From contig JBFLXC010000002.1 of NCBI GenBank assembly GCA_040757435.1, positions 1 through 60,231 of the forward strand: a stretch of DNA of 60,231 nt, written 5' to 3'. Source of the stretch: Spirochaetota bacterium (GTDB lineage: Bacteria > Spirochaetota > Spirochaetia > Treponematales > Rectinemataceae). Of the stretch, positions 1 through 7,897 are shown one piece after another; positions within the stretch are counted from its first letter, which is position 1; each line of letters opens with the position of its first letter. Both the position numbers and the translations under genes were made by a program. The notes under the pieces were generated by a model. It was not told the DNA's origin and made no database searches. It was given only the letters and a program-made list of their open reading frames with translations.

Positions 1-167
1 CGGTACATCCTGCGCCCTCATCTGCACGGGTTTTTATCCTTTTTACCCTATTTTCGTGCACTTCAGGCCTTGATTATATCATATATCTCTATACTTTTTA
101 ACAATTTATTACTTTTTCAGGAGCCCCTAATTGACTTTCCCCAATCCCGGCGGTATCGTCTTCTGTA

Positions 168-1331
168 ATGAGCATTACCACGGGCCTCTTCAACGATGGA
201 TTCATCCCGATCATCGACGGAGTGACGATGACGGTGAAAAACTACGCGTATTGGCTGGACAAGCTCCTAGGTCCCACCTACGTGGTCACTCCCTATGTTC
301 CCAACTACGACGAATCGGAACCCTACAAGGTCATCCGTTTCCTCTCCGTCCCCACCATAATCAGGCCTCCCTACCGCCTCGGCCTTCCCGACCTGGACCT
401 GCGGCTCCAATTCCTCCTGAAGAACCGGCAATTCGACATCGTCCACGCCCACACCCCCTTCGGCGCGGGGCTCCTGGCCCGCCGCGTAGCCCGGGAGCGA
501 CATATTCCCGTGATTGCCACCTTCCATTCTAAATACAAGGACGACTTCGAGCGCTTCATCTCCATCAAGTCCATCGTGGACGACCAGATAAAGCGCATCG
601 TGGATTTCTACTACAGCGTCAACCATGTCTGGGTTCCCCAGGAATCCGTGGCCCGGACCCTGAGGGAATACGGCTACAAGGGTCCCTACGATGTGGTGGA
701 GAACGGCATAGACATGAAGGCCGTGGAGGACATATCCGAGCCCCGGAGGCGGGGAGCAGATTACCTGCGCCTCCCCGAGGGCATCCCCGTGGGCCTGTAC
801 GTAGGCCAGCATGTCCTGGAGAAAAACCTCGAATTCCTTATAAAGACCCTTCCGGCCATAATGGCCAGGTTCCCTGAGTTCAGGATGGTCTTCGTGGGCG
901 GCGGCTACGCCAAGCCACAGCTCCAAGCCTTGGCCAAGGAGCTTGGAATCGCAGACAAGATACTGTTCCACGACGTGATCTACGACCGAAGCTTGCTCCA
1001 GGCGGTATACGCCAGGAGCGATATCTTCCTTTTCCCCTCCCTGTACGACAACGCCCCCCTTGTGGTTCGGGAAGCCGCGGCCTACAAGAGCCCGGCGGTC
1101 CTCATAAAGGGAGCCACCGCGGCGGAGGTGATACGGGACGGAGACAACGGCTACCTGTCGGAAAACAACCTGGAGGCCTTCGCCGCCCGGGTGGTCCAGG
1201 CCTTGGGGGATTCCGAAACCCACGGGAATGTGGCGCGCAACGCCCAGAAGACCCTCTGCAGGACCTGGGAGGACGTGGTCATGGAAGTGAAGGAACGATA
1301 CATCAAGATTCTGGACCGTTGGGAACGGTAG
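168..1331 (+). CDS. GT4-family (group 1) glycosyltransferase, possibly a diacylglycerol glycosyltransferase
   Basis: 387-aa ORF with GT-B/GT4-like sequence (C-terminal 'FLFPSLYDNAPLVVREAAA' region). An AT-rich promoter-like stretch lies at about 60-165. The opposite-strand ORF 267-1223 is a shadow frame. Confidence 0.75.
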   Translation: MSITTGLFNDGFIPIIDGVTMTVKNYAYWLDKLLGPTYVVTPYVPNYDESEPYKVIRFLSVPTIIRPPYRLGLPDLDLRLQFLLKNRQFDIVHAHTPFGAGLLARRVARERHIPVIATFHSKYKDDFERFISIKSIVDDQIKRIVDFYYSVNHVWVPQESVARTLREYGYKGPYDVVENGIDMKAVEDISEPRRRGADYLRLPEGIPVGLYVGQHVLEKNLEFLIKTLPAIMARFPEFRMVFVGGGYAKPQLQALAKELGIADKILFHDVIYDRSLLQAVYARSDIFLFPSLYDNAPLVVREAAAYKSPAVLIKGATAAEVIRDGDNGYLSENNLEAFAARVVQALGDSETHGNVARNAQKTLCRTWEDVVMEVKERYIKILDRWER

Positions 1332-1352
1332 GCGCCGACGCCTGGAAAATTG

Positions 1353-1401
1353 GAAGGGCGCCCTTGGGTCCGCTGTCGGCGGAAACCCCGGGGCGCCCTT
1401 C
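1353..1401. terminator. Hairpin between convergent genes (possible bidirectional terminator)
   Basis: A perfect 10-bp stem, GAAGGGCGCC (1353-1362) with GGCGCCCTTC (1392-1401), lies between the stop of the GT gene (1331) and the stop of tpx (1425). The loop is long and there is no clear U-tract. Confidence 0.35.
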
Positions 1402-1424
1402 TCAATGCCCGCCTGGACAGGCGT

Positions 1425-1934
1425 TTACTTGGCCTGCTTGGCGGCGGCCAGGGCGGATGCGTAGTCCGGTTCCTGGGCGATCTCGGGAACCTGCTGGACG
1501 TAGACCACCCGATCGTCGGAGGAGAGCACGAGGACGGCGCGGGAGAGAAGGCCCGCCAGTGGGCCGTCCAGCATGGCGGCGCCGTAGGCCTCTCCAAAGG
1601 ATCTGTCCCTCAGCTCCGAAAGAGTCACCACGGAGCGTATTCCCTCGGCTTCGCAAAAGCGGATCTGGGCGAAGGGGGCGTCCCTGCTTATGGTCAGGAC
1701 GACGGCGCTACCCAGCTGGTCCGCGGCCTTGTTGAAGGCCCGGGCGCTGGCGGCGCAGACGCCGGTGTCGATGCTGGGAACGATGTTGAGGATCTTCACC
1801 TTCCCCGCGTAGTCCTTGAGGGATACGTCGGTCAGGTTCTTGGTCGTCAGCTTGAAATCCGGAGCCTTGCTTCCAACCGCGGGAAGGGTTCCGGAGGTGT
1901 GCACGGGATTTCCCTTGAACGTGATGTTCGCCAC
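1425..1934 (-). CDS. tpx: Thiol peroxidase (atypical 2-Cys peroxiredoxin)
   Basis: 169 aa. 'MANITFKGNPVHTSG.LP..G..APDF.L' and 'PSIDTGVCA' are typical of the Tpx family. Confidence 0.9.
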   Translation of the reverse strand: MANITFKGNPVHTSGTLPAVGSKAPDFKLTTKNLTDVSLKDYAGKVKILNIVPSIDTGVCAASARAFNKAADQLGSAVVLTISRDAPFAQIRFCEAEGIRSVVTLSELRDRSFGEAYGAAMLDGPLAGLLSRAVLVLSSDDRVVYVQQVPEIAQEPDYASALAAAKQAK

Positions 1935-2003
1935 TTTTGTTCCTCCATGGAAAGTCGGATTGTTATATCCATAACATAGCCAGGATAATCCCCGGCGGCA
2001 AAT

Positions 2004-2372
2004 TCATCCCTTTCGGCTTTCCACCAATTGGACCTTGGCTCCGTTGGGATCGTCGATGTAGATGAACCTCACCGTCGGACCCGGCTGGAAGGGGCCTGAA
2101 ATGCGCGTCACTCCCTTGGCCCTCAATCCCTCCATGGCTTCATCCAGGGAAGGCACCTCGAAGCCGATGGAGATGTCCCTTCCATGGGACGGTTCCGGAT
2201 TTTTCGCGTTGTGGATGAGCTCGACTTCCGTTTCCCCGACCCCGAGGAAGGCAATCTCCGTCCCCGGCATGGGGTTCATGCGCCTTCGCACGGCCAAGCC
2301 CAGCACATCCCGATAGAAGGCTAGGGATTCCTCCATGTTCCGCACGTTGAGGGTGACCCAGCAGAATCGCAT
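2004..2372 (-). CDS. VOC/glyoxalase-family protein (lactoylglutathione lyase-like)
   Basis: 122 aa. 'WVTLNVRNMEESLAFYRDVLGL' and C-terminal 'FIYIDDPNGAKVQLVE' are glyoxalase/bleomycin-resistance fold hallmarks. Confidence 0.8.
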   Translation of the reverse strand: MRFCWVTLNVRNMEESLAFYRDVLGLAVRRRMNPMPGTEIAFLGVGETEVELIHNAKNPEPSHGRDISIGFEVPSLDEAMEGLRAKGVTRISGPFQPGPTVRFIYIDDPNGAKVQLVESRKG

Positions 2373-2406
2373 ATCTCCTCCTTGTCTCGCCCTTCCTCCA
2401 TCCAGC

Positions 2407-3051
2407 CTACATGTCGTAGGGGAACAAGAGGGTTTGCTTGTCCTGCAGCCTTTGGCGGACCGTGGACACGATGGCCTTCAGGTCCTGGGAGTCCTCCACG
2501 AAGTCCAGCCTGTCCCCGGGTATGGTGAGGACAGGGGAGAGCTCGAAGGACTGGATCCATTCCTCATAGAGCATGTTGAGGCGCTCGAGGTACTCTCCTG
2601 AAATATTAAGCTCGAATTCCCTGCCCCGCCGGGAAATCCTTTTCCTCAAGGTATCAACGGAGGCGCGGATGTAGATCACCAAGTCCGGAGGCGGGAGGGT
2701 TTCGGCCAAGGTGGCGTAGAGTTCCTTGTAGACGCCCCATTCCTCGGCCTCCATTGAGCCTTGGAGGTAAAGGTTCCGGGCGAACACTTGCGCGTCTTCG
2801 TACAAGGACCTGTCCTGGACCACGGAGCGTGGATCGTCCATCATCTGGCGGTGGCACCGCGCCCGGGATGCCAGGAAAAAAGCCTGTGATTGGAAGGCCC
2901 AGCGCTTCATGTCTCCATAGAATCGTTCCAGGAATGGATTTTCCTTCACTGGTTCGTAATAGGGGTAAAAATCGAGTTTTTCGGCCAAGAGGCCGACGAG
3001 GGTGGACTTGCCCGCCCCTATGTTCCCCGCCAGCACCAAGTATTTCTTCAT
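2407..3051 (-). CDS. Deoxynucleoside kinase (dAK/dGK/dCK family)
   Basis: 214 aa. P-loop 'GNIGAGKST', 'YYEPV..NPFL..FY', and a 'DRSLYED' motif. Confidence 0.85.
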   Translation of the reverse strand: MKKYLVLAGNIGAGKSTLVGLLAEKLDFYPYYEPVKENPFLERFYGDMKRWAFQSQAFFLASRARCHRQMMDDPRSVVQDRSLYEDAQVFARNLYLQGSMEAEEWGVYKELYATLAETLPPPDLVIYIRASVDTLRKRISRRGREFELNISGEYLERLNMLYEEWIQSFELSPVLTIPGDRLDFVEDSQDLKAIVSTVRQRLQDKQTLLFPYDM

Positions 3052-3143
3052 TCCTGTCCCTGTGTCCGGTTCCCTAGGCTATCGACCATCGCTTCCTTTT
3101 GCAAGGTCGCGGCCATGAAGGAGGGGTGGAATTGGGATCGGAA

Positions 3144-3173
3144 AGGATTTGTTAGTACATCGAACCTTGTTGC
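3144..3173. repeat. Left terminal inverted repeat of the IS-like element
   Basis: 25/30 match to the reverse complement of 4431-4460. Weaker similarity extends about 9 bp further outward. Confidence 0.55.
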
Positions 3174-4384
3174 TGGTGTGAAAGAGCATACTTAGGGAGG
3201 AAGTCGGGATGGGCGGCAAGCGGCGTAGGGCAGCGCTTCTCCCATACCATCAGCGCCCATTCAGGCAACGCATCCCTCGAGACGAAGGGCCTCTCTGTAA
3301 ATAGCCGTTTCCACGCATTCGCAATATCCTCCCGATCTATCCCCGCCACATGAGCATGACATGCGACAGGCGGCGCAGCTGCCGTTCGTCTGATCCTATG
3401 AGGCCTTTGATAATTATGCCAGGCGAGATAACAGGCGGATCTCAAGAGCCCCGCAGCGACATTACGGGTGAAGCAAGTGGATTCCCGGTGGAAGGCAGCC
3501 AGGTCCTTACGCAGCTCACGGTCGTAGTAGTTTACGGGGAAGAGGGGATTGGTCACGGTTCTGGGTGCGGAGGAAGGGATGCGGCGGTGGTGGAAGACGG
3601 TTGAGGAGCTGCTTGAGAAGGCGCTTGAAGAAACGGTGGGGAAGAGCTCGGGCACGGAGGCGATGGCGCGGGGGTAAGCGGGATGTTCATCGGTGGTGAG
3701 AGTGAGGGAGGGGAGGAGGGAATGGTTCCAGTGGGAGGGGATCTCGCGCATGAGGAGGGAGAAGGAGGAAAAGAGGGCTGACTTGGGAGGGGTGAAGCGG
3801 TGTTCGAGGGTGGCGCGGGTGCGTTTCTGGAGATCGGACATGCGGCCTTTGCGACGCAGGGTGGAGTGGGTGAATCCGAAGAGGAACTGGGACCTGGAGC
3901 CGACGAGGATGTTTAGGTGGGAGGGGAAGTATTGGGAACGTTCGAAGGATTCGAAGCCGTCGGCGACGAGGTCCTCGGCCAGGGGGAGGGAAGAGGAGAG
4001 GCGGGCGTGGAGGGCGAGGCTCGCCCTGCCGAGGCGATCCAGGCGGTTTTGGATGGATGCGCAGGAGCAGGAGAGATGGCGGGCGATGGCGGAGAGGGAT
4101 TCGCCTTCGGTGATGGAGCGGAAGATCTGGGGGAGGTCCAGCTTTCGCTTGGCGTAGTAGTCAAGGGAGAAGGTGGAGGCTGAGAAGGTCGCATGGCAGG
4201 ATGAGCAGCGGAACCGAGGGACGAAGCCATCCCGGGCTGAGTGGAAGGACCCGAACCGACGGAAGAAGGGCCTTTCAGGGTGCGGGGTTCGGTCATGCTG
4301 GTGGTGGCGGCATGAGGGATTGGGGCAGAAAGGGGGAGTGAAGGAAGTATCCATGTGAGGAAGACGCACACGAAGTGCATCCAT
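3152..4384 (-). CDS. Putative DDE transposase (zinc ribbon + HTH + IS1/IS1595-like catalytic region)
   Basis: 410 aa. N-terminal Cys pairs 'CPNPSC...RFRCSSCHATF'. HTH-like 'ESLSAIARHLSCSCASIQNRLDRLG'. Candidate acidic residues occur in 'LVADGFESF', 'LTTDEHPAYPRAI' (compare IS1 'TDxxxxY') and 'YYDRELRKDLAAFHRESTCFTRN' (compare IS1 'E..N..LR....R..RKT..FSKS'). Confidence 0.55.
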   Translation of the reverse strand: MDALRVRLPHMDTSFTPPFCPNPSCRHHQHDRTPHPERPFFRRFGSFHSARDGFVPRFRCSSCHATFSASTFSLDYYAKRKLDLPQIFRSITEGESLSAIARHLSCSCASIQNRLDRLGRASLALHARLSSSLPLAEDLVADGFESFERSQYFPSHLNILVGSRSQFLFGFTHSTLRRKGRMSDLQKRTRATLEHRFTPPKSALFSSFSLLMREIPSHWNHSLLPSLTLTTDEHPAYPRAIASVPELFPTVSSSAFSSSSSTVFHHRRIPSSAPRTVTNPLFPVNYYDRELRKDLAAFHRESTCFTRNVAAGLLRSACYLAWHNYQRPHRIRRTAAAPPVACHAHVAGIDREDIANAWKRLFTERPFVSRDALPEWALMVWEKRCPTPLAAHPDFLPKYALSHQQQGSMY

Positions 4385-4430
4385 GCTTCAGGAGGATGTG
4401 ATGTATGGAGATTATTCTCCCTGCCCTCTC

Positions 4431-4460
4431 GCAACATTCTTCGATGAACTAATAAATCCT
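4431..4460. repeat. Right terminal inverted repeat of the IS-like element
   Basis: Partner of 3144-3173; see the alignment under the mobile_element entry. Confidence 0.55.
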
Positions 4461-4716
4461 CTCCATTCCTGAAAATCCTGTCCTCTTTTCCCCTTTCTCC
4501 AATAAAATATAAAAATATTTCCCGTCTATCCTGACAGATCCGGTTATCCTGTCGTATTCCCCGCGCGAGGACCAGCCCCGGGGTGGAGAAATTTTGCGAA
4601 ACGGAAGCGTTCCTGAATTGTTGGTTAGAGAGTATGCCAAAAATTCGATTTGGAGTATATTTGGAGCTTAAATCCATCTGCCCGAGCATTGCGATGGAAA
4701 GGTTAAAGGAGAAAGC

Positions 4717-6159
4717 ATGAAATTATTTTCCGCAACAAGGAAATACGCGCCCAGGGCCGCGATCCTGGCGCTCCTGCTGGCGGCCATGGCCGCCTCGGCC
4801 TTCGCCCAGGCCGCTGTTCCCCAGTTTTTCGAAGACGCCGCGGAGGCGGACAAAGCCGCGATAGCATCATCCCGAACACTGACCGAACAGGGCAAGTGGC
4901 TCCAAGCCTGGAACGCCCTCTCAGCCTACGACCCGGAGAATAAAAACGGCTTCGTCCTGGCGGAAAAGATTCGGATAGCCATGGAAGGCCATGTCCAGAC
5001 CACCATGCACCTGGTATTCGGATTCGTCGACCTTCAGGAAGGACAGGACCTGGAAACCCTCAGGTACGAAGCGAACGACAGCATTGAACCAGTGGAGTTC
5101 AACCCCGGCGACCTCGCCATGGCCATCGAGGATTCAGGCGAAGCGGTGCCCCCCGTCCTCTCCCTCGCCATGGGCGACTATTACCAAACAGTATGGATGC
5201 TCTACCAGGGCCAGTGGGTCCAGGACGACACCACCCTCCTTAGCCTCGCTGCGGAACACTACGAACGGGCCCTGGCCTACGACACCTTCACCCCCGGGAG
5301 CCTGGACCGCCACGCCGAGATCCTTCTCTCCCTGGAAAGGTTCGACGCCGCCGAAGCCGTGGTGTCCAAAGCCTTGGAAATCCAGCCCGACGACAGCCAC
5401 CTCATGCTCCACCTGGCGAACATCTATTTCTCTTCGCAGCGCTTCGAGCAAGTATTCCCCCTGGCGGACAAAATCATCGCCCATGCCGCGGACGACCAGG
5501 AACTCAACGAAGGCTACATAGTGGCCATCAAGGCGGGACTCTCCCTCAAGGACGCGGAAAGCCTGGAGAAATACATCTCCGGCCTCGAGGCGGCCTTCCC
5601 CATGGACTACATGCCAGGGCTCATCCGCCACCTCGTGGCGGTCCAGCTGGGCGATCAGGAAGGAGCCCGGAAAGCCGCGGACGCCGTGACCGCCAAGTTC
5701 CCCGGCAACCCGGACATCATCAGGTCCATCCTCTCCACCTGGCTCTCCGCCAACGACCCCCAGTCGGGTTTCGACTACCTGGCGAGATCCCTGGAGACCG
5801 CTCCCGGAGACGAAGCCAAGGCGGCCCTCTATTTCTACAAGGCGCTCCTGGGCGCCGAAGTGGTGGAAAATCCCGAATCCCTCGCAGGACCCTTGGCGGA
5901 CCTCGCCGCGGCTGAGGAATACTTCAAGAAGGCGTATCCCGAAGGACATGAGATTTTCGGCATGATCCAGGAAGTGCGGGGACAGTGGGAGGAAGCCGTG
6001 GCTGGCTACAAGAAAGCCCAGGAAGAGCAGGCGGCGGCCCAGCCCGCGGAAACCCAGACCCCGGCAGCCGAGGCGTCGACTCCTGCCGCCACCCCAGCGG
6101 CAACCGAAGCCGCCGAGGACGCCGACGCCACCTCTGCCGCCTCCAGCGAAGATTGGTGA
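4717..6159 (+). CDS. Secreted TPR-repeat protein with an Ala/Thr/Pro/Glu-rich C-terminal tail
   Basis: 480 aa. Signal peptide 'MKLFSATRKYAPRAAILALLLAAMAASAFAQA'. TPR-like helical repeats. RBS AAAGGAG before the ATG. The upstream region is AT-rich. Confidence 0.65.
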   Translation: MKLFSATRKYAPRAAILALLLAAMAASAFAQAAVPQFFEDAAEADKAAIASSRTLTEQGKWLQAWNALSAYDPENKNGFVLAEKIRIAMEGHVQTTMHLVFGFVDLQEGQDLETLRYEANDSIEPVEFNPGDLAMAIEDSGEAVPPVLSLAMGDYYQTVWMLYQGQWVQDDTTLLSLAAEHYERALAYDTFTPGSLDRHAEILLSLERFDAAEAVVSKALEIQPDDSHLMLHLANIYFSSQRFEQVFPLADKIIAHAADDQELNEGYIVAIKAGLSLKDAESLEKYISGLEAAFPMDYMPGLIRHLVAVQLGDQEGARKAADAVTAKFPGNPDIIRSILSTWLSANDPQSGFDYLARSLETAPGDEAKAALYFYKALLGAEVVENPESLAGPLADLAAAEEYFKKAYPEGHEIFGMIQEVRGQWEEAVAGYKKAQEEQAAAQPAETQTPAAEASTPAATPAATEAAEDADATSAASSEDW

Positions 6160-6163
6160 TCCA

Positions 6164-7108
6164 CTAAAACCCGGCAAGCTCCCGGGCGAGGATGCAGGCC
6201 CCCCGGGCCGCATCCTCCCGGGGAGGGAAAAACCTATAGGAAGGGAGCCTTGCCGCAAGGCTCTCTTCCAAGGCCGCGGCGAGGAATCCGTCGTTGGCCA
6301 CAAGCCCTCCCGCCATAGAAATCCTGCGCTCTTCCTCCGTCGATCCGATTTCCTTCGCCACCGAGACCACCAAATCGCCAAGCTCCCTCACCGCCGAGTC
6401 GAAGATCTCCTTCGCCACAGGATCCCCTGAGGCCCTGGCCTTGCCCACCTCGGCCGCGAAGCCCGCGATCCTCGCCTTGTCGAAGCTTTCATAGACCTCC
6501 GGAATGATGGAAAAAGGATCCTGGATGGAAAAGTATGCCAACATGGCGTCCAGGAGGACCGTAGGCGGACCCCGGCGGTCTCGGAAGCGGAGAGCCGCCG
6601 AGATCCCCTTCCGGCCGACGTCGTAGGCCGAACCCTCGTCGCCCAGGATATGGCCCCATCCCCCGGAACGCACCACTCCGGCCATGGCCTTGCGGGACCC
6701 CAGGGCGATCGAACCCGTGCCGGCGATGAGGAGGATCCCCTCCCGGCTGCCCAAGGCTCCCACCAAGGCGGGGAGGGCGTCCGTATCCGCCTCCAGGGGA
6801 CAGGAGAGGCCGGTCTCTTCCCTTATCAGGGAAAGAAGCTTCTCCCTGTCCCCCGTCCTCCCCACGCCCGCCACTCCCGCGAAGCCTCCGGCGCAGGCTC
6901 GGATGGGGAAGCGGCCGTCCAGCGCCACCCCCTGGAAAAGGCTCGCGATGGATTTGCGGGCGCCCTCCCAGCCTGCGGATCGGGGATTCATGCCCGAAGC
7001 CTCGAAGCGGGCCGAGACATCTCCGGAAAGGAATTCCGCCCTGAGCCGCGCCGTGGTTCCTCCCCCGTCGATGCCGAAGACCCAGCCCTCCGCCACGCTC
7101 CCGCTCAT
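6164..7108 (-). CDS. BadF/BadG/BcrA/BcrD-type ATPase, probable N-acetylglucosamine kinase
   Basis: 314 aa. 'FGIDGGGTTARL' phosphate-1 motif and 'LIAGTGSIA' phosphate-2 motif. Its start overlaps the upstream SGNH gene stop by 4 nt. Confidence 0.7.
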   Translation of the reverse strand: MSGSVAEGWVFGIDGGGTTARLRAEFLSGDVSARFEASGMNPRSAGWEGARKSIASLFQGVALDGRFPIRACAGGFAGVAGVGRTGDREKLLSLIREETGLSCPLEADTDALPALVGALGSREGILLIAGTGSIALGSRKAMAGVVRSGGWGHILGDEGSAYDVGRKGISAALRFRDRRGPPTVLLDAMLAYFSIQDPFSIIPEVYESFDKARIAGFAAEVGKARASGDPVAKEIFDSAVRELGDLVVSVAKEIGSTEEERRISMAGGLVANDGFLAAALEESLAARLPSYRFFPPREDAARGACILARELAGF

Positions 7109-7767
7109 GGATTCGCGGCACCCTTTTCCGCTGGATTTCCCGCCGCCCAGGCGCGGAGATACGAAGCCATGGCCAGGCCGAGGGCCTTCTGGGATTCCGG
7201 GGAGAGGTGGATCCCGTCGATCGGGCTGCTCTTTACAACGGAGCCGCAGTCGAAGAAAAGGAGCCTGTTCTCCTTCGCGACCTGCCTCCCCGTCTCCGCG
7301 AAGCGGGCTGACTTCTCGACCGCCCCGGCGAAGCTTTCCGACAGGGCGGGGCAGGACAGCACGGGAGGCGGGACGGCCAGGAGGATCTGTGGAGCCGGGT
7401 AGGGGAACCAGAGGCAGCGTTCCCTGACAGCCTTGGCGAGGCGGGCCCAGCCAAGGCCGATGTCCCTGGGAGCCGCGCCGTAGCGGGTCTTAAGGTCGTT
7501 CGTGCCCAGCATGATGACCACAAGGTCCAGCGGCATGTGGGTCTCAAGGAGCATCACCAGGGAGGAAAGGCCCCGTCGTCCCGCCTCTATCTCGTCTTCG
7601 AACACCGTCGTCCGGCCGTTCAGGCCCTCCTCGATGAGGTGCCACCCCTGGCCCAGGGCGGCCTGGGCCACGCAGGGCCAACGCACGCTCCTGCCGTATC
7701 TCTTGCCGTCCGAGGGATCGAAGCCCCAGGTGTTGGAATCGCCGAAGCAAAGAATTTCCTTCTCCAT
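7105..7767 (-). CDS. SGNH/GDSL-family hydrolase (esterase)
   Basis: 220 aa. Block I 'CFGDSNTWG', block III 'GTNDLK', and a C-terminal 'DGIH' block V. Confidence 0.8.
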   Translation of the reverse strand: MEKEILCFGDSNTWGFDPSDGKRYGRSVRWPCVAQAALGQGWHLIEEGLNGRTTVFEDEIEAGRRGLSSLVMLLETHMPLDLVVIMLGTNDLKTRYGAAPRDIGLGWARLAKAVRERCLWFPYPAPQILLAVPPPVLSCPALSESFAGAVEKSARFAETGRQVAKENRLLFFDCGSVVKSSPIDGIHLSPESQKALGLAMASYLRAWAAGNPAEKGAANP

Positions 7768-7789
7768 GATCGCCCATTCTCGGGCCTGG

Positions 7790-7806
7790 GATTGACGCTG
7801 TCAATC
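7790..7806. promoter_or_regulatory. Operator-like perfect palindrome in a divergent intergenic region
   Basis: GATTGAC-gct-GTCAATC (7-bp arms, 3-bp spacer) lies between the SGNH/kinase operon (-) and the ABC operon (+). A small CCGCC-ttg-GGCGG hairpin follows at 7808-7820. Confidence 0.4.
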
Positions 7807-7828
7807 GCCGCCTTGGGCGGATTTCTCA

Positions 7829-7856
7829 TTGACTTTTTCCAGTTAAGGTTTACAAT
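7829..7856 (+). promoter_or_regulatory. Sigma70-like promoter of the sugar ABC operon
   Basis: TTGACT (7829-7834), 16-nt spacer, TACAAT (7851-7856), about 40 nt upstream of the SBP start codon. Confidence 0.45.
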
Positions 7857-7897
7857 GAAAATAAATTTCAATCCTAGGGACGCAGTAGGAGGCTACG

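Larger units (their letters stand above)
3144..4460. mobile_element. IS-like element (about 1.3 kb) with a single transposase ORF and imperfect terminal inverted repeats
   Basis: Left end AGGATTTGTTAGTACATCGAACCTTGTTGC (3144-3173). The reverse complement of the right end (4431-4460) is AGGATTTATTAGTTCATCGAAGAATGTTGC, giving 25/30 matches. The repeats tightly bracket ORF 3152-4384. Confidence 0.6.

Noticed and set aside
267-1223. 318-aa ORF antisense to the glycosyltransferase gene, representative of many long antisense or out-of-frame ORFs in the track. Others include 5134-6381, 7874-9397, 10186-11235, 11657-12997, 15779-17560, 17881-18654, 19355-20542, 21880-23691, 24995-25873, 26159-27265, 31999-33267, 34210-35160, 35152-36516, 47971-49044, 49316-50611, 51169-52218, 52728-53759 and 54860-56206.
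   Set aside because: Their translations are Gly/Arg/Pro/His/Val-rich low-complexity sequences with no recognisable motifs. Each lies opposite, or out of frame with, a gene whose product has clear family signatures. Long stop-free shadow frames are expected in DNA of about 60% GC.
3913-4689. 258-aa minus-strand ORF and the small ORFs 4449-4640, 3693-4157 and 3917-4183 around the IS-like element
   Set aside because: They are out of frame with, or antisense to, the 410-aa transposase-like ORF. They cross the right inverted repeat into AT-rich intergenic DNA and have low-complexity translations with no motifs.
4460-4716. AT-rich 250-bp stretch after the IS-like element, considered as a possible small RNA or additional IS remnant
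   Set aside because: I could discern no convincing stem-loop/terminator pair or repeat. It most simply provides the promoter and RBS for the TPR gene, and the evidence is too weak to report a feature.
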